Shown: positions 1 to 7,904 of the stretch, piece after piece
Layout: each line of letters opens with the position of its first letter
Numbering within the stretch: position 1 is the first letter of the stretch
Assembly: GCA_034722215.1 (NCBI GenBank)
Contig: JAYENS010000047.1
Span: 1-28,728, forward strand
Source of the DNA: Nanobdellota archaeon
Lineage (GTDB): Archaea; Nanobdellota; Nanobdellia; Pacearchaeales; GW2011-AR1
Reading direction: 5' to 3'
DNA: 28,728 nucleotides
Notes under the pieces: model-generated
What the model was told of the DNA's origin: nothing
The model's database searches: none
What the model saw: only the letters and a program-made list of their open reading frames with translations
Position numbers and translations under genes: made by a program

Positions 1-2
1 AT

Positions 3-203
3 CAAATATTTTCAAAAGCCAAGGAGGAAAGAATAGATAAACAATATTATACTTCTGAGTTACAAGATGTTCCATTAACAAAAGATTTAGCTTTCCAAAG
101 CTTTAGAACAGCAAATATATTTAATGTAAAATTAGATATATTAAAAAATAGTTTAAATAATAATGAAATAAATAAAATAAGAGATAACTTTTTGGAATTA
201 TGA
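3..203 (+). CDS. 3' end of an unidentified protein running in from the left edge
   Basis: Frame 3 is open from base 3 to TGA 201-203 (QIFSKAKEERIDKQYY...KIRDNFLEL*) and ends 3 nt before the hsdM ATG. Confidence 0.6.
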   Translation, partial: QIFSKAKEERIDKQYYTSELQDVPLTKDLAFQSFRTANIFNVKLDILKNSLNNNEINKIRDNFLEL

Positions 204-206
204 AAA

Positions 207-422
207 ATGTTAGATGTAGAATTAAAATCAAAAATAAACTTGTTATGGAATAAATTTTGGAGTGGTGGAATTAGTAATCCTCTGAATGCAATTGAGCAAA
301 TGTCTTACTTAATCTTTATGAAAAGATTAGAGGATGAAGATAATTCAAGAGAACAAAATGCTAAACTTTTAGGGGAAGAATTTACTTCATTATTTCCGAA
401 GAATGATTGCTTTTTATCTTGA
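207..422 (+). pseudogene. hsdM: Truncated type I restriction-modification methyltransferase (HsdM N-terminal fragment)
   Basis: LKSKINLLWNKFWSGGISNPLNAIEQMSYLIFMKRLE is the typical HsdM N-terminus. It stops after 71 aa with no methyltransferase motifs downstream. Confidence 0.8.
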
Positions 423-458
423 CAAGATTTATAAATAGTAAAGAGCACACACAATTGC

Positions 459-554
459 ATGAAAAATAATACTTATTCAAATAAGCTAATACAAACTATT
501 ACTCTCGATAAAAATTCTTCTCACCCCCTTCCAGATGCTCCAATAGCCCGATAG
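459..554 (+). CDS. Possible 31-aa small ORF (MKNNTYSNKLIQTITLDKNSSHPLPDAPIAR) or 5' part of a small RNA
   Basis: ATG 459, TAG 552-554, TATA-like TTTATAAA at 428-435; no family recognised. Confidence 0.3.
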   Translation: MKNNTYSNKLIQTITLDKNSSHPLPDAPIAR

Positions 555-576
555 ACGGTCGGGGCGTTATCTTTTT
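533..576 (+). terminator. GC-rich hairpin followed by a T-tract
   Basis: GCCCGA (546-551) pairs with TCGG(G)GC (559-565); T-run at 572-576; strongly GC-rich relative to its surroundings. Confidence 0.45.
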
Positions 577-605
577 AACTCTTAAACTTCTTTGAGAAAT
601 ATAAT

Positions 606-678
606 AGCTCTGTAGTACAGTGGTCAAGTATACTAGACTCTGGATCTGGTGACCCAGGTTCGAATCCTGGCAGAGCTA
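606..678 (+). tRNA. trnQ: tRNA-Gln (anticodon CTG), CCA not encoded
   Basis: Acceptor stem AGCTCTG/CAGAGCT with the archaeal tRNA-Gln A1-U72 pair, anticodon arm CTAGA-CTCTGGA-TCTGG, T-arm CCAGG-TTCGAAT-CCTGG, discriminator A678. Confidence 0.97.
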
Positions 679-715
679 TGCAAATCTTTTTATACTTTTT
701 TTTCTTGTCTAATTC

Positions 716-1066
716 ATGGCAATAGGAGTAACATTCTTTATTATAGCAATTTCAATAGTTGTAATTTGGTTGATTATTGAATTCAAGAGATTAAAACATA
801 AAATACTTGCAATTTTTTTAATTGGTTTAATAATTTTTACATATATAAGTTTTACAGTAAGTGTAAAAAAACATGACTTAGATTTAAGGACAGTGGAAGG
901 TTTGCTAGAAGGAGGAAAAATTTATGTAGCTTGGTTAAGCACTCTATTAACAAATACAAAATCAATAACAACTTATGCTTCTAAACAAGACTGGAAAGAA
1001 TATGATGAAAAAATTTTAGAAAAAAATCTTTCCGTAGATAGATTTCTCTTTAATGAGACATCATAA
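716..1066 (+). CDS. Hypothetical membrane protein (2 predicted TM segments)
   Basis: 116-aa ORF with two hydrophobic stretches separated by a basic loop. Confidence 0.8.
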   Translation: MAIGVTFFIIAISIVVIWLIIEFKRLKHKILAIFLIGLIIFTYISFTVSVKKHDLDLRTVEGLLEGGKIYVAWLSTLLTNTKSITTYASKQDWKEYDEKILEKNLSVDRFLFNETS

Positions 1067-1097
1067 TATTTATATACTATAAAATATATATTAAAAT

Positions 1098-1436
1098 ATG
1101 GTAAAAAAGAAAGTGACAAAAAAAAAAGTAGTGAAAAAAAAGATTCCTACTAAAAAAAGAACTTCTAAAAAAAAGAGTACTCGCAGTTCTGTATATACTA
1201 AAACACTGAATAAAGGAGCAAAAAAACAAAATATTTTAAAAAAAGGAAAATTCAAAACACATAAACTTTTCAAAAGTTCATTAATTGGATTTATATTGTC
1301 TTTAATAATTGTATGGATTTCTCAAAATGAAGTAATTGATGCTTTTTTTGGACTCATTTTAATAATTTCAGGAGCATTAATAATTCTTTCAATCCTTTTG
1401 GAGATAATCTTCTTGGTTCTTAAAAATAAAAAATAA
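1098..1436 (+). CDS. Hypothetical membrane protein with a very Lys-rich N-terminal tail
   Basis: 112 aa; MVKKKVTKKKVVKKK... followed by two C-terminal hydrophobic helices. Confidence 0.75.
   Translation: MVKKKVTKKKVVKKKIPTKKRTSKKKSTRSSVYTKTLNKGAKKQNILKKGKFKTHKLFKSSLIGFILSLIIVWISQNEVIDAFFGLILIISGALIILSILLEIIFLVLKNKK
1184..1211 (+). repeat. Diverged copy of the in-frame coding repeat (encodes SSVYTKTLN)
   Basis: CAGTTCTGTATATACTAAAACACTGAAT matches the reverse complement of the 11950-11983 copy at 22 of 28 positions without gaps. Confidence 0.45.
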
Positions 1437-1439
1437 ATT

Positions 1440-3116
1440 TTATTTATATTTTTCAAAAATAGTTTCTAAATTAATTTCTAATAAAACAATAGGCATTTTA
1501 CATTTCCAATTCTTTAAAATTTTAGGATGAATTTCTCCCAAATTTCCTATAATTTTTTTATTAAATAAAATATTAACAGATCTTCCCTCAATAAAATAAC
1601 CATTTGATTTTTCTTGTTCTTCTATTTCAAATTTTAAATCTAATGTTTTCTCTAAATATTCTAAAATTTGTTTAAGTTCTGTAAAATTTCCTGGACTAAG
1701 TCCAATACTTAATCTTTCAGATTCAATCAACTCTTCTGTTTCTTTAGATTCAAAAACTCTTCCAATTTCAAAAATTCTATGAGGATATTCTCTATCTATA
1801 TTTTCAGAAAAAATCTTCATTAAATAATGAGATAAATCTTTTCTAAGGATATTATTTTCTGTTTTTGATTCTTCAACTTCAATAAAACCTTTTTCTTGTT
1901 TTTCATTAATTCCCATTTTTGTAAATTGATTTTGTTTTTTTGTTAAATGATAATTAGAAATTTCTAATAATCCTAACCCAATAAGAATCTCAGAAATTTT
2001 TCTTTTAATAATTTCTTTAGATTGTTCGCTTCCAATACAGGAGATATTAGGAATAACAGATTCAAATTTATCATAACCATAAGCGATTGCAACTTCTTCA
2101 ATTAAATCAACTTCTCCAAGGATGTCAACCCTCCAAGAAGGAATTTCTACAAAACCTTTTTCATAATTATGTCCCATCTTTTGAAAAAGAGGTTTCAAAT
2201 CTTTTTCTTTTAAATCTAATCCAAGAAGTTTATTTATTTTTTCAACAGAAACTTTCATTTTTTCTGTCTTAAAATTAGGAGTTATTTTTGTCCTAGAATT
2301 CTTAGATTTGGGGTATGCAGAACTGTACCAAACTTTCATTGGATAGATTTTTCCTCCCATTTCAGAAAGTGTTGTAATAATCATATTCAAAGTTTTATTC
2401 AAGATTTCTTCTTCAAATCCTGAAACTTCTACAAAAACCTCTTTTGTTTTCAAATCAACTCTACCAGTATGTTCTGAATTAATTATTGGAGGCATTGAAA
2501 GGATTTTATTATCAGCATCGATGAAAATAGGAAAATTAGCCTTACATTTTAATAGATGAGCATAATCTTTTCCAGCAGGGTGTTTCTGAAGAACTTCTAA
2601 ACCAGACATCTCTCTTGAAGATTCTAAAGGGGTAAATTTAATTTTAAATGGTTCTATTGCTTTGTAAGTTATAGGAAGTTTAATTTTTTCTAAAGGATAA
2701 ATCCCAATTGCAAATTTTCCTCTTTTTCGTCCTAAAGTTGAATGTAACTTTTCTTGCAAATCAATAATTTCTTTAATTTTTTCATTATCAAGTTTTAAAT
2801 TTTTAACAATTGAGCAAACAGTTAAAGGACGAACTTCCTTTACAGAACTATCTATTTTAACTTTGTGATTTTTTTCAAGTTTGTTTAATTTATATTCTTT
2901 CAAACCTTTTCTTTTTCCAAGAAAAGTTAAAAATTCTCTTTTAAAATTTCCATAACTTAACAAATCAGGTCTATTTGGAGTAATATCTAATTCAATTTCT
3001 TTATCTCCTACACTTTCAACAGTTGTTCCAAAAAGAGCAATTTTATTTTGAAAACTTTCTGTTAATTTCCCAATTTCTTTTTCAAATTTTTTCTTATTAA
3101 ATTTTACTGATGCCAT
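1440..3116 (-). CDS. pheT: Phenylalanine--tRNA ligase beta subunit (archaeal type)
   Basis: DITPNRPDLLS, MPPIINSEHTGRV and RVDILGEVDLIEEVAIAYGY motifs; 558 aa; adjacent to pheS. Confidence 0.97.
   Translation of the reverse strand: MASVKFNKKKFEKEIGKLTESFQNKIALFGTTVESVGDKEIELDITPNRPDLLSYGNFKREFLTFLGKRKGLKEYKLNKLEKNHKVKIDSSVKEVRPLTVCSIVKNLKLDNEKIKEIIDLQEKLHSTLGRKRGKFAIGIYPLEKIKLPITYKAIEPFKIKFTPLESSREMSGLEVLQKHPAGKDYAHLLKCKANFPIFIDADNKILSMPPIINSEHTGRVDLKTKEVFVEVSGFEEEILNKTLNMIITTLSEMGGKIYPMKVWYSSAYPKSKNSRTKITPNFKTEKMKVSVEKINKLLGLDLKEKDLKPLFQKMGHNYEKGFVEIPSWRVDILGEVDLIEEVAIAYGYDKFESVIPNISCIGSEQSKEIIKRKISEILIGLGLLEISNYHLTKKQNQFTKMGINEKQEKGFIEVEESKTENNILRKDLSHYLMKIFSENIDREYPHRIFEIGRVFESKETEELIESERLSIGLSPGNFTELKQILEYLEKTLDLKFEIEEQEKSNGYFIEGRSVNILFNKKIIGNLGEIHPKILKNWKCKMPIVLLEINLETIFEKYK
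2292..2325 (-). repeat. 34-bp repeat inside pheT (encodes SSAYPKSKNSR)
   Basis: 28/34 ungapped identity to 11950-11983. Confidence 0.75.
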
Positions 3117-3117
3117 T

Positions 3118-4629
3118 TTAAACTCCTATCCAACTTTTCATTTTTCTAAGTTGGTCAATATCATTTTTATATAATTCTCTTAAATCTTTAATTTTATAAT
3201 AATCCATTAAAATTCTATCAAATCCCGGACCCCAAGCTAAAACAGGAATATTTTCTCCAAAAAGTGCAACACTAACTTCTGGTCTAAAAATTCCAGCTCC
3301 ACCTAATTCCAGCCAAATCTTTTTTTCAGGATGCCAAGCATCAATTTCTAAAGAAGGTTCTGTATAAGGAAAATAAGCAGGCCTAATTCTAATATCTTCA
3401 AATCCCATTTTACTAAAAAATTGTTTTAAGTAACCAATCAAATGCCTAAAATTCCCATTTCTATCTACAACAATTCCTTCTGATTGATTAAATTCAAAAC
3501 CATGCGACCAATCAATTGTTTCATTTCTAAAACATTTTCCAATTGAAAAGTATTTTTTAGGCAAATCTTCTTTTTTTAATTTAGCAAGAGTTTGCGCCGA
3601 AACGCAAGTTGTATGAGTTCTCAAACACATTTTCTTTGTAAGTTCTTCATTCCATTTATATTTCCAACCTTTACTTCCTTCAACTCCTTTTTCATGAGAT
3701 TTTTTCACGGCTTCAATAATTTTCTTTTCAGGAAGTTTTCCTTTTTTATTAATAAAGAAAGTATCTTGCATTTCTCTAACAGGATGATCTTGTGCAGTAA
3801 ATAATGCATCAAAATTCCAAAAACTAGTTTGAATATAATCTCCACTCATTTCTTCAAATCCCATTTCAGTCCAAATTTTTCGAGCACCATCAATACTTGA
3901 ATTTACAAAATGTCTTTTTCCTCCATAAATTTTTGGAACAGGAGCAGTCACATCATAACGTCTAAACTTTTTTCCTTTCCAATTTTTTTCATTTTTCAAA
4001 ATTTCAGGAGTTATTTGTTCAATCAATTCTTTTCCAAGTTCCTTTGAATTCATAATTTTTTTACCAACAGGAAGAATTTTAATAGTAGTAATTCGCTTTT
4101 CATCAACTTGAACAATACCTCTTCTTTTTTGTAAATTTTTCAAAGCAAGTTTCTCTTCTACTTTTAATGAATTTTCTTCTAAAGGTAAAGAGTCAATAAA
4201 AATTTCCTCTAAACTTTTTTTAGAAATTTCCTCATTGGGCGCATTAAGAATTAACTTACCATTTTTCAATTCAATCAATGCTTTTTGTTTTAAAGTTCCA
4301 ATAGAAACTTTGAATTCATTAGGACTTAATTTAGATTCTTTTTGAGCTTCATTTAAACCAATAATTCTTTTTTGGCTAAGTAATAAAAGTAATCTTCTTT
4401 CAGGCAATCCTTTTTTTCTGTAAAGAGCTCCATTAATTCCAACATTAATAATTCTCTTTTTTTTAACATTTAATTTAACTAAATTTTTATTTTGAAGATA
4501 TTCTAAAGCTCTTAAAACAGAAATTTTATCTAAGTTTGATTTTTTACAAATATCTGAAATATTCCTCTCTTCCAAAAAAGGTAAGATTTTTCTTTCCATA
4601 GGACTAAGAGATTCCATCAATTTTTCCAT
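3118..4629 (-). CDS. pheS: Phenylalanine--tRNA ligase alpha subunit (archaeal/eukaryotic type with N-terminal extension)
   Basis: FWNFDALFTAQDHPVREMQDTFF, LRTHTT, FRNETIDWSH, PAYFPYTEPSLE and AWGPGFDR motifs. Confidence 0.98.
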   Translation of the reverse strand: MEKLMESLSPMERKILPFLEERNISDICKKSNLDKISVLRALEYLQNKNLVKLNVKKKRIINVGINGALYRKKGLPERRLLLLLSQKRIIGLNEAQKESKLSPNEFKVSIGTLKQKALIELKNGKLILNAPNEEISKKSLEEIFIDSLPLEENSLKVEEKLALKNLQKRRGIVQVDEKRITTIKILPVGKKIMNSKELGKELIEQITPEILKNEKNWKGKKFRRYDVTAPVPKIYGGKRHFVNSSIDGARKIWTEMGFEEMSGDYIQTSFWNFDALFTAQDHPVREMQDTFFINKKGKLPEKKIIEAVKKSHEKGVEGSKGWKYKWNEELTKKMCLRTHTTCVSAQTLAKLKKEDLPKKYFSIGKCFRNETIDWSHGFEFNQSEGIVVDRNGNFRHLIGYLKQFFSKMGFEDIRIRPAYFPYTEPSLEIDAWHPEKKIWLELGGAGIFRPEVSVALFGENIPVLAWGPGFDRILMDYYKIKDLRELYKNDIDQLRKMKSWIGV

Positions 4630-4668
4630 AATTATTCCAAGATTTTGGTTCTTAAAAAAGGTTTGTTT

Positions 4669-4944
4669 TTAATATGCATAATCATAATGGACAAAATCTT
4701 CAAAGAAAATTATATTATTTTTAAATTGAAAAGTTAAAACAAAACTTCCAACATGAACTCTCTTCAAATTGTTTAAAGGTTTTTTCAAATTTTTAAAATG
4801 ATTTATCTCCTCTAAATTAGAACCAATAATTTGAAAAACTTTCTTTTCAAAACTCTTGAAAAGTTTTTTATCTCTCTTTTTAACTAAGTAGAAATCTCCA
4901 CATTTCAATGTGGATTTGTTGAATTCTACTTTCAATTCTGACAA
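4669..4944 (-). CDS. RelE/ParE-superfamily toxin-like protein (TTG start)
   Basis: HFKNLKKPLNNLKRVHVGSFVLTF...FEDFVHYD resembles archaeal RelE-like mRNA interferases; 91 aa. Confidence 0.65.
   Translation of the reverse strand: MSELKVEFNKSTLKCGDFYLVKKRDKKLFKSFEKKVFQIIGSNLEEINHFKNLKKPLNNLKRVHVGSFVLTFQFKNNIIFFEDFVHYDYAY
4886..4931. repeat. Two-tier inverted repeat inside the RelE-like CDS
   Basis: AAGTAGAA (4886-4893)/TTCTACTT (4924-4931) enclose TCCACATT (4897-4904)/AATGTGGA (4907-4914). Confidence 0.7.
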
Positions 4945-5044
4945 AAATATTTATTCTAAAAGGATATTATAATTAAAAGAAAAAAGCCGAGATACTCAGT
5001 TATTGAATAAAACATTTTATAAATAATTTTAATCTTAGATTTAT

Positions 5045-6334
5045 ATGAAAAAAAGAGGAATGTCTCAAGTAGTTTCAACAATCCTATTAATCTTATTAAT
5101 TCTTATAGCAATTGGAGGAATTTGGGCCGCTTTAAACCAGTTCATTTTTTCAGAAACTTCAAAGATAAGTTTAACAAAATTAACAACAGATGTAAAAATA
5201 AAAAATGTTGCAATTAACGCAACTTCTGGAATTGCAGATATAAGAGTAATGAGAGATATCGGAGAAGGAAATATAACAGCTATAAAATTTATTGTTAAGG
5301 ATACTAAAACTTCAGAGGTTTTTGAAGTTCCTGTAGAAGATTTTGTAGAATTATCTGAGAGAACAATTTCTCTAAATTTTTCAGAAAGTGAATTATTAAA
5401 TATCTCAGATGTTTATGAAATTTCAATTGCACCAGTTTATATTTCACCAACTACTGGAAATTCTCAAATAGGAAGAATTACAGATAGTGTAGGGGATTTA
5501 TTTATTTATGTTAATGGAACTACTTCTACAGGAGGAGGTTCTTCTCCAGATGGAACTTTTTGTTCAATTCCTTCTGACTGTGGAACAGATGCTTGGGTAA
5601 ATGCAACTCAACTTTGTTCAGAAGATACTACAAAAGTTTTACAATATAAAAAAGTTTTTTCATGTACTTTAAGTTTTTGTACAAGCACAACAGATCAATA
5701 CACTAAAGAAAGTTGTGTAGAAGGAGATTATTGTTTTAATGGAGAATGTATTAATCACCCAATTCCTTGTACTAATGCAACAGTTGAACTAGATTGTGGA
5801 ACAGCTGGCTTTATAGGTCAATTACGTTGTGCTTCTTCATCCCCTCCTCATGTAACAGTTCAAGATTATAGGAATTACTCTTGTGTAAATAATTTATGTC
5901 AAGAAACAACTTATGAACAAACAGTTGAAACTTGTATTTCAGGAGATGAATGTTTCAACGGAGAGTGTTTTACACCTGTAGAATGTATTCAATATGAAGA
6001 TTGTGACTTGGGAAAAATTTGTGAGGGAGGACTTTGTGTAACAGAACTTTTTTCAAATAATGGAACAATAAGATCTGTTTGGCCTTATGGAATAGGAGAA
6101 TATTTTGATAGTTTTGAATTACCTTCAGATAACACTTCTAATTTTGATGCAACAAATAATTATATTATTTTTCCTTATAGTTCTGAAACAAGATGTTTAC
6201 AAGTAAAAGAATTTACCAAACCAGGTTTTGTAGGAGGTATTTCTTATATAAGATTAAATGAAACTCCTACAAATATTTCAGATAATGATGTTTACCAGCT
6301 TTGGGAGACAGATTATGCGTGTAGTTTAATTTAA
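5045..6334 (+). CDS. Type IV pilin/archaellin-like protein with a cysteine-rich repeat region
   Basis: Class III signal peptide-like start MKKRG|MSQVVSTILLILLILIAIGGIW; 22 Cys, all in the C-terminal part, including two 8-Cys repeats ending CFNGEC. Confidence 0.8.
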   Translation: MKKRGMSQVVSTILLILLILIAIGGIWAALNQFIFSETSKISLTKLTTDVKIKNVAINATSGIADIRVMRDIGEGNITAIKFIVKDTKTSEVFEVPVEDFVELSERTISLNFSESELLNISDVYEISIAPVYISPTTGNSQIGRITDSVGDLFIYVNGTTSTGGGSSPDGTFCSIPSDCGTDAWVNATQLCSEDTTKVLQYKKVFSCTLSFCTSTTDQYTKESCVEGDYCFNGECINHPIPCTNATVELDCGTAGFIGQLRCASSSPPHVTVQDYRNYSCVNNLCQETTYEQTVETCISGDECFNGECFTPVECIQYEDCDLGKICEGGLCVTELFSNNGTIRSVWPYGIGEYFDSFELPSDNTSNFDATNNYIIFPYSSETRCLQVKEFTKPGFVGGISYIRLNETPTNISDNDVYQLWETDYACSLI

Positions 6335-6760
6335 CTCCTTAACCATCCAAGTAGGCATTCCTAAAATTAATCCTAAACTTTTACAATCATGAGTTTCAGG
6401 ACAATCAAAAAATTTTATTTGAATTTTATTTTTATTACATAAAAAAATATTCTGTTTTAAACGAGCAAGAATTTTTTCTTTATCTTTTGCATTAAGAATT
6501 TCCTTAAAATCAACCCCAAGAGAAATATTATTTTTCTTTGCAATTTTTGCCATAACTTGATTAAATCCAGAATTTCTTTGTTTCATATAATCTTTCCTAT
6601 TTTCAAGAGGAATTAGAATAATTTGAATATTTAATTTTTCCATAACCTTACGATTCAAATCATCATCAGAAGAACTAAACACAATCTTTTTTTCTTTATT
6701 TTTTTTAACAAGTTCTTTTAACTTATTGAAATTAGTCTCTGTTAGGATAATTCTTTTCAT
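6326..6760 (-). CDS. rnp3: Ribonuclease P protein subunit Rpp30 (short form)
   Basis: DDDLNRKVME, RKDYMKQRNSGFNQVMAKIAKKNNISLGVDF and SLGLILGM match the Rpp30 pattern; 144 aa. Confidence 0.8.
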   Translation of the reverse strand: MKRIILTETNFNKLKELVKKNKEKKIVFSSSDDDLNRKVMEKLNIQIILIPLENRKDYMKQRNSGFNQVMAKIAKKNNISLGVDFKEILNAKDKEKILARLKQNIFLCNKNKIQIKFFDCPETHDCKSLGLILGMPTWMVKELN

Positions 6761-6790
6761 GTTTTTAATAAGAATAAAGGGTTTTTAGTT

Positions 6791-7474
6791 TTAACCTTCA
6801 ATAACAGTTCCAACAAATTTTTTATTTTTCAAAAAATTATCAAGTTCTTTAACGTCTTTAATTATCAAAGTTTTAATCTTGTTTTCCATAATAATTTTAG
6901 AAGCTGTTTGATCTAAAACAAAATGTTGTCCTGGTTTAAATTTTATTTTTTGTGCTAATTTATTAAATTTTTTCCAAGTTATTTTAGGAATATATTTTGC
7001 ATTTTTAAACATTTTAGGATTTTTATCATAAAGTCCTTTAATATTTGTAACATTCACAAATTCTCCCTTAAGTTTTCTAGCAATCTCTGCAGCAGTTGAA
7101 TCAGAAGTTTGGTTTGGTTTATATTTCAAAGCGCCACAAATTACAAAGTTTCTTTTTTTCAAATATTTTTTCAATGTTTTAATATTGTGAGGAATTCCCC
7201 ATTCGGGATTATATCCAAAAAAATATGAAACAAAACGCGCGTTTGCACGAGTCGCATTAATTCCTACTAAAGATTGATGATATAAATCTCCTTTCTCTTT
7301 TGCAATCGCTTCAATATATTTTCTAGCAAGATTTCCTCCTCCACAAACAACAACAATTTTATATTTTTTCTTATGTTTAATTATAACTTCCTTAAATTTT
7401 TTTAAATAAGAATAATTAACTTTATCTGGAATTATTTGGCTACCTCCAAGACTAATAACAATCACCTTTTTCAT
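6791..7474 (-). CDS. pyrH: Uridylate kinase (archaeal type)
   Basis: VISLGGS, VVCGGGNLARKYI, TSDSTAA, TNIKGLYDKNPK and PGQHFVLDQTA motifs. Confidence 0.95.
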   Translation of the reverse strand: MKKVIVISLGGSQIIPDKVNYSYLKKFKEVIIKHKKKYKIVVVCGGGNLARKYIEAIAKEKGDLYHQSLVGINATRANARFVSYFFGYNPEWGIPHNIKTLKKYLKKRNFVICGALKYKPNQTSDSTAAEIARKLKGEFVNVTNIKGLYDKNPKMFKNAKYIPKITWKKFNKLAQKIKFKPGQHFVLDQTASKIIMENKIKTLIIKDVKELDNFLKNKKFVGTVIEG

Positions 7475-7582
7475 ATACTCTAAAACAAAATAATCTTTTT
7501 ATAGTTTGTTAAAAGAATTTTTTGTAGTTAAATTAATTAACCTTCCAAAATAAAGAAGGAACACATCTTCTGATATTATCAA

Positions 7583-7589
7583 TTATAAA
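7583..7589 (+). promoter_or_regulatory. TATA-like box positioned to drive transcription of the repeat array
   Basis: TTATAAA about 22-29 nt upstream of 7611-7618 where the first unit begins; same spacing as promoters of coding genes in the window. Confidence 0.45.
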
Positions 7590-7610
7590 TGTTTTAGCGA
7601 CACGGAGTGC

Positions 7611-7904
7611 GAGTTAGGTTGTAAGAGAACTAGTGGATTTATTTATTTTTATCGTTTCTATCGGAAGCATTTTTAGAAACAACCATTCACTTCTTCAAGG
7701 AGAGTTGTAAGAGAACCAGCGGATTTATTTGTTTTTTTGTGACTTCAGACGAGGGCTCAATAAGAAGTCACCGTTCAGTGTTTTGAGGAGAGTTGTAAGA
7801 GAACCAGCGGATTTATTTGTTTTTTTGTGACTTCAGACGAGGGCTCAATAAGAAGTCACCGTTCAGTGTTTTGAGGAGAGTTGTAAGAGAACCAGCGGGT
7901 TCTT
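7611..7904 (+). repeat. Non-coding tandem array of 86-88 bp hairpin-containing units
   Basis: Anchor GTTGTAAGAGAACYAGYGG at 7618, 7704, 7792 and 7880. Units 2 and 3 are identical; unit 1 differs but keeps a hairpin at the same position. Confidence 0.92.

Noticed and set aside
521-530. TCACCCCCTT as a 16S rRNA 3' end or an SD site for a minus-strand gene
   Set aside because: No rRNA context, and the only downstream minus-strand frame is a few codons long.
606-678. Amber suppressor tRNA explaining the in-frame TAG
   Set aside because: The anticodon is CTG (Gln), not CTA.
1200-1210. 11-nt match AAAACACTGAA to the array minus strand (7774-7784)
   Set aside because: An A-rich 11-mer match is expected by chance in an AT-rich 29-kb window.
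7233-7244. Perfect palindrome AAACGCGCGTTT in pyrH
   Set aside because: Single short copy encoding an ordinary NARF segment; no sign of insertion.
7611-7904. CRISPR array
   Set aside because: Inter-repeat segments are about 60 nt, two are identical, all share a T-tract, hairpin and CCRTTCA, and no cas gene is in the window.
7611-7904. TIGR array, H/ACA guide RNAs or type III antitoxin repeats
   Set aside because: Unit length is far above the roughly 36-nt TIGR unit and no Nop-domain gene is adjacent. An ACA after the stem occurs only in units 2 and 3 (minus strand). No co-directional toxin gene follows the array.
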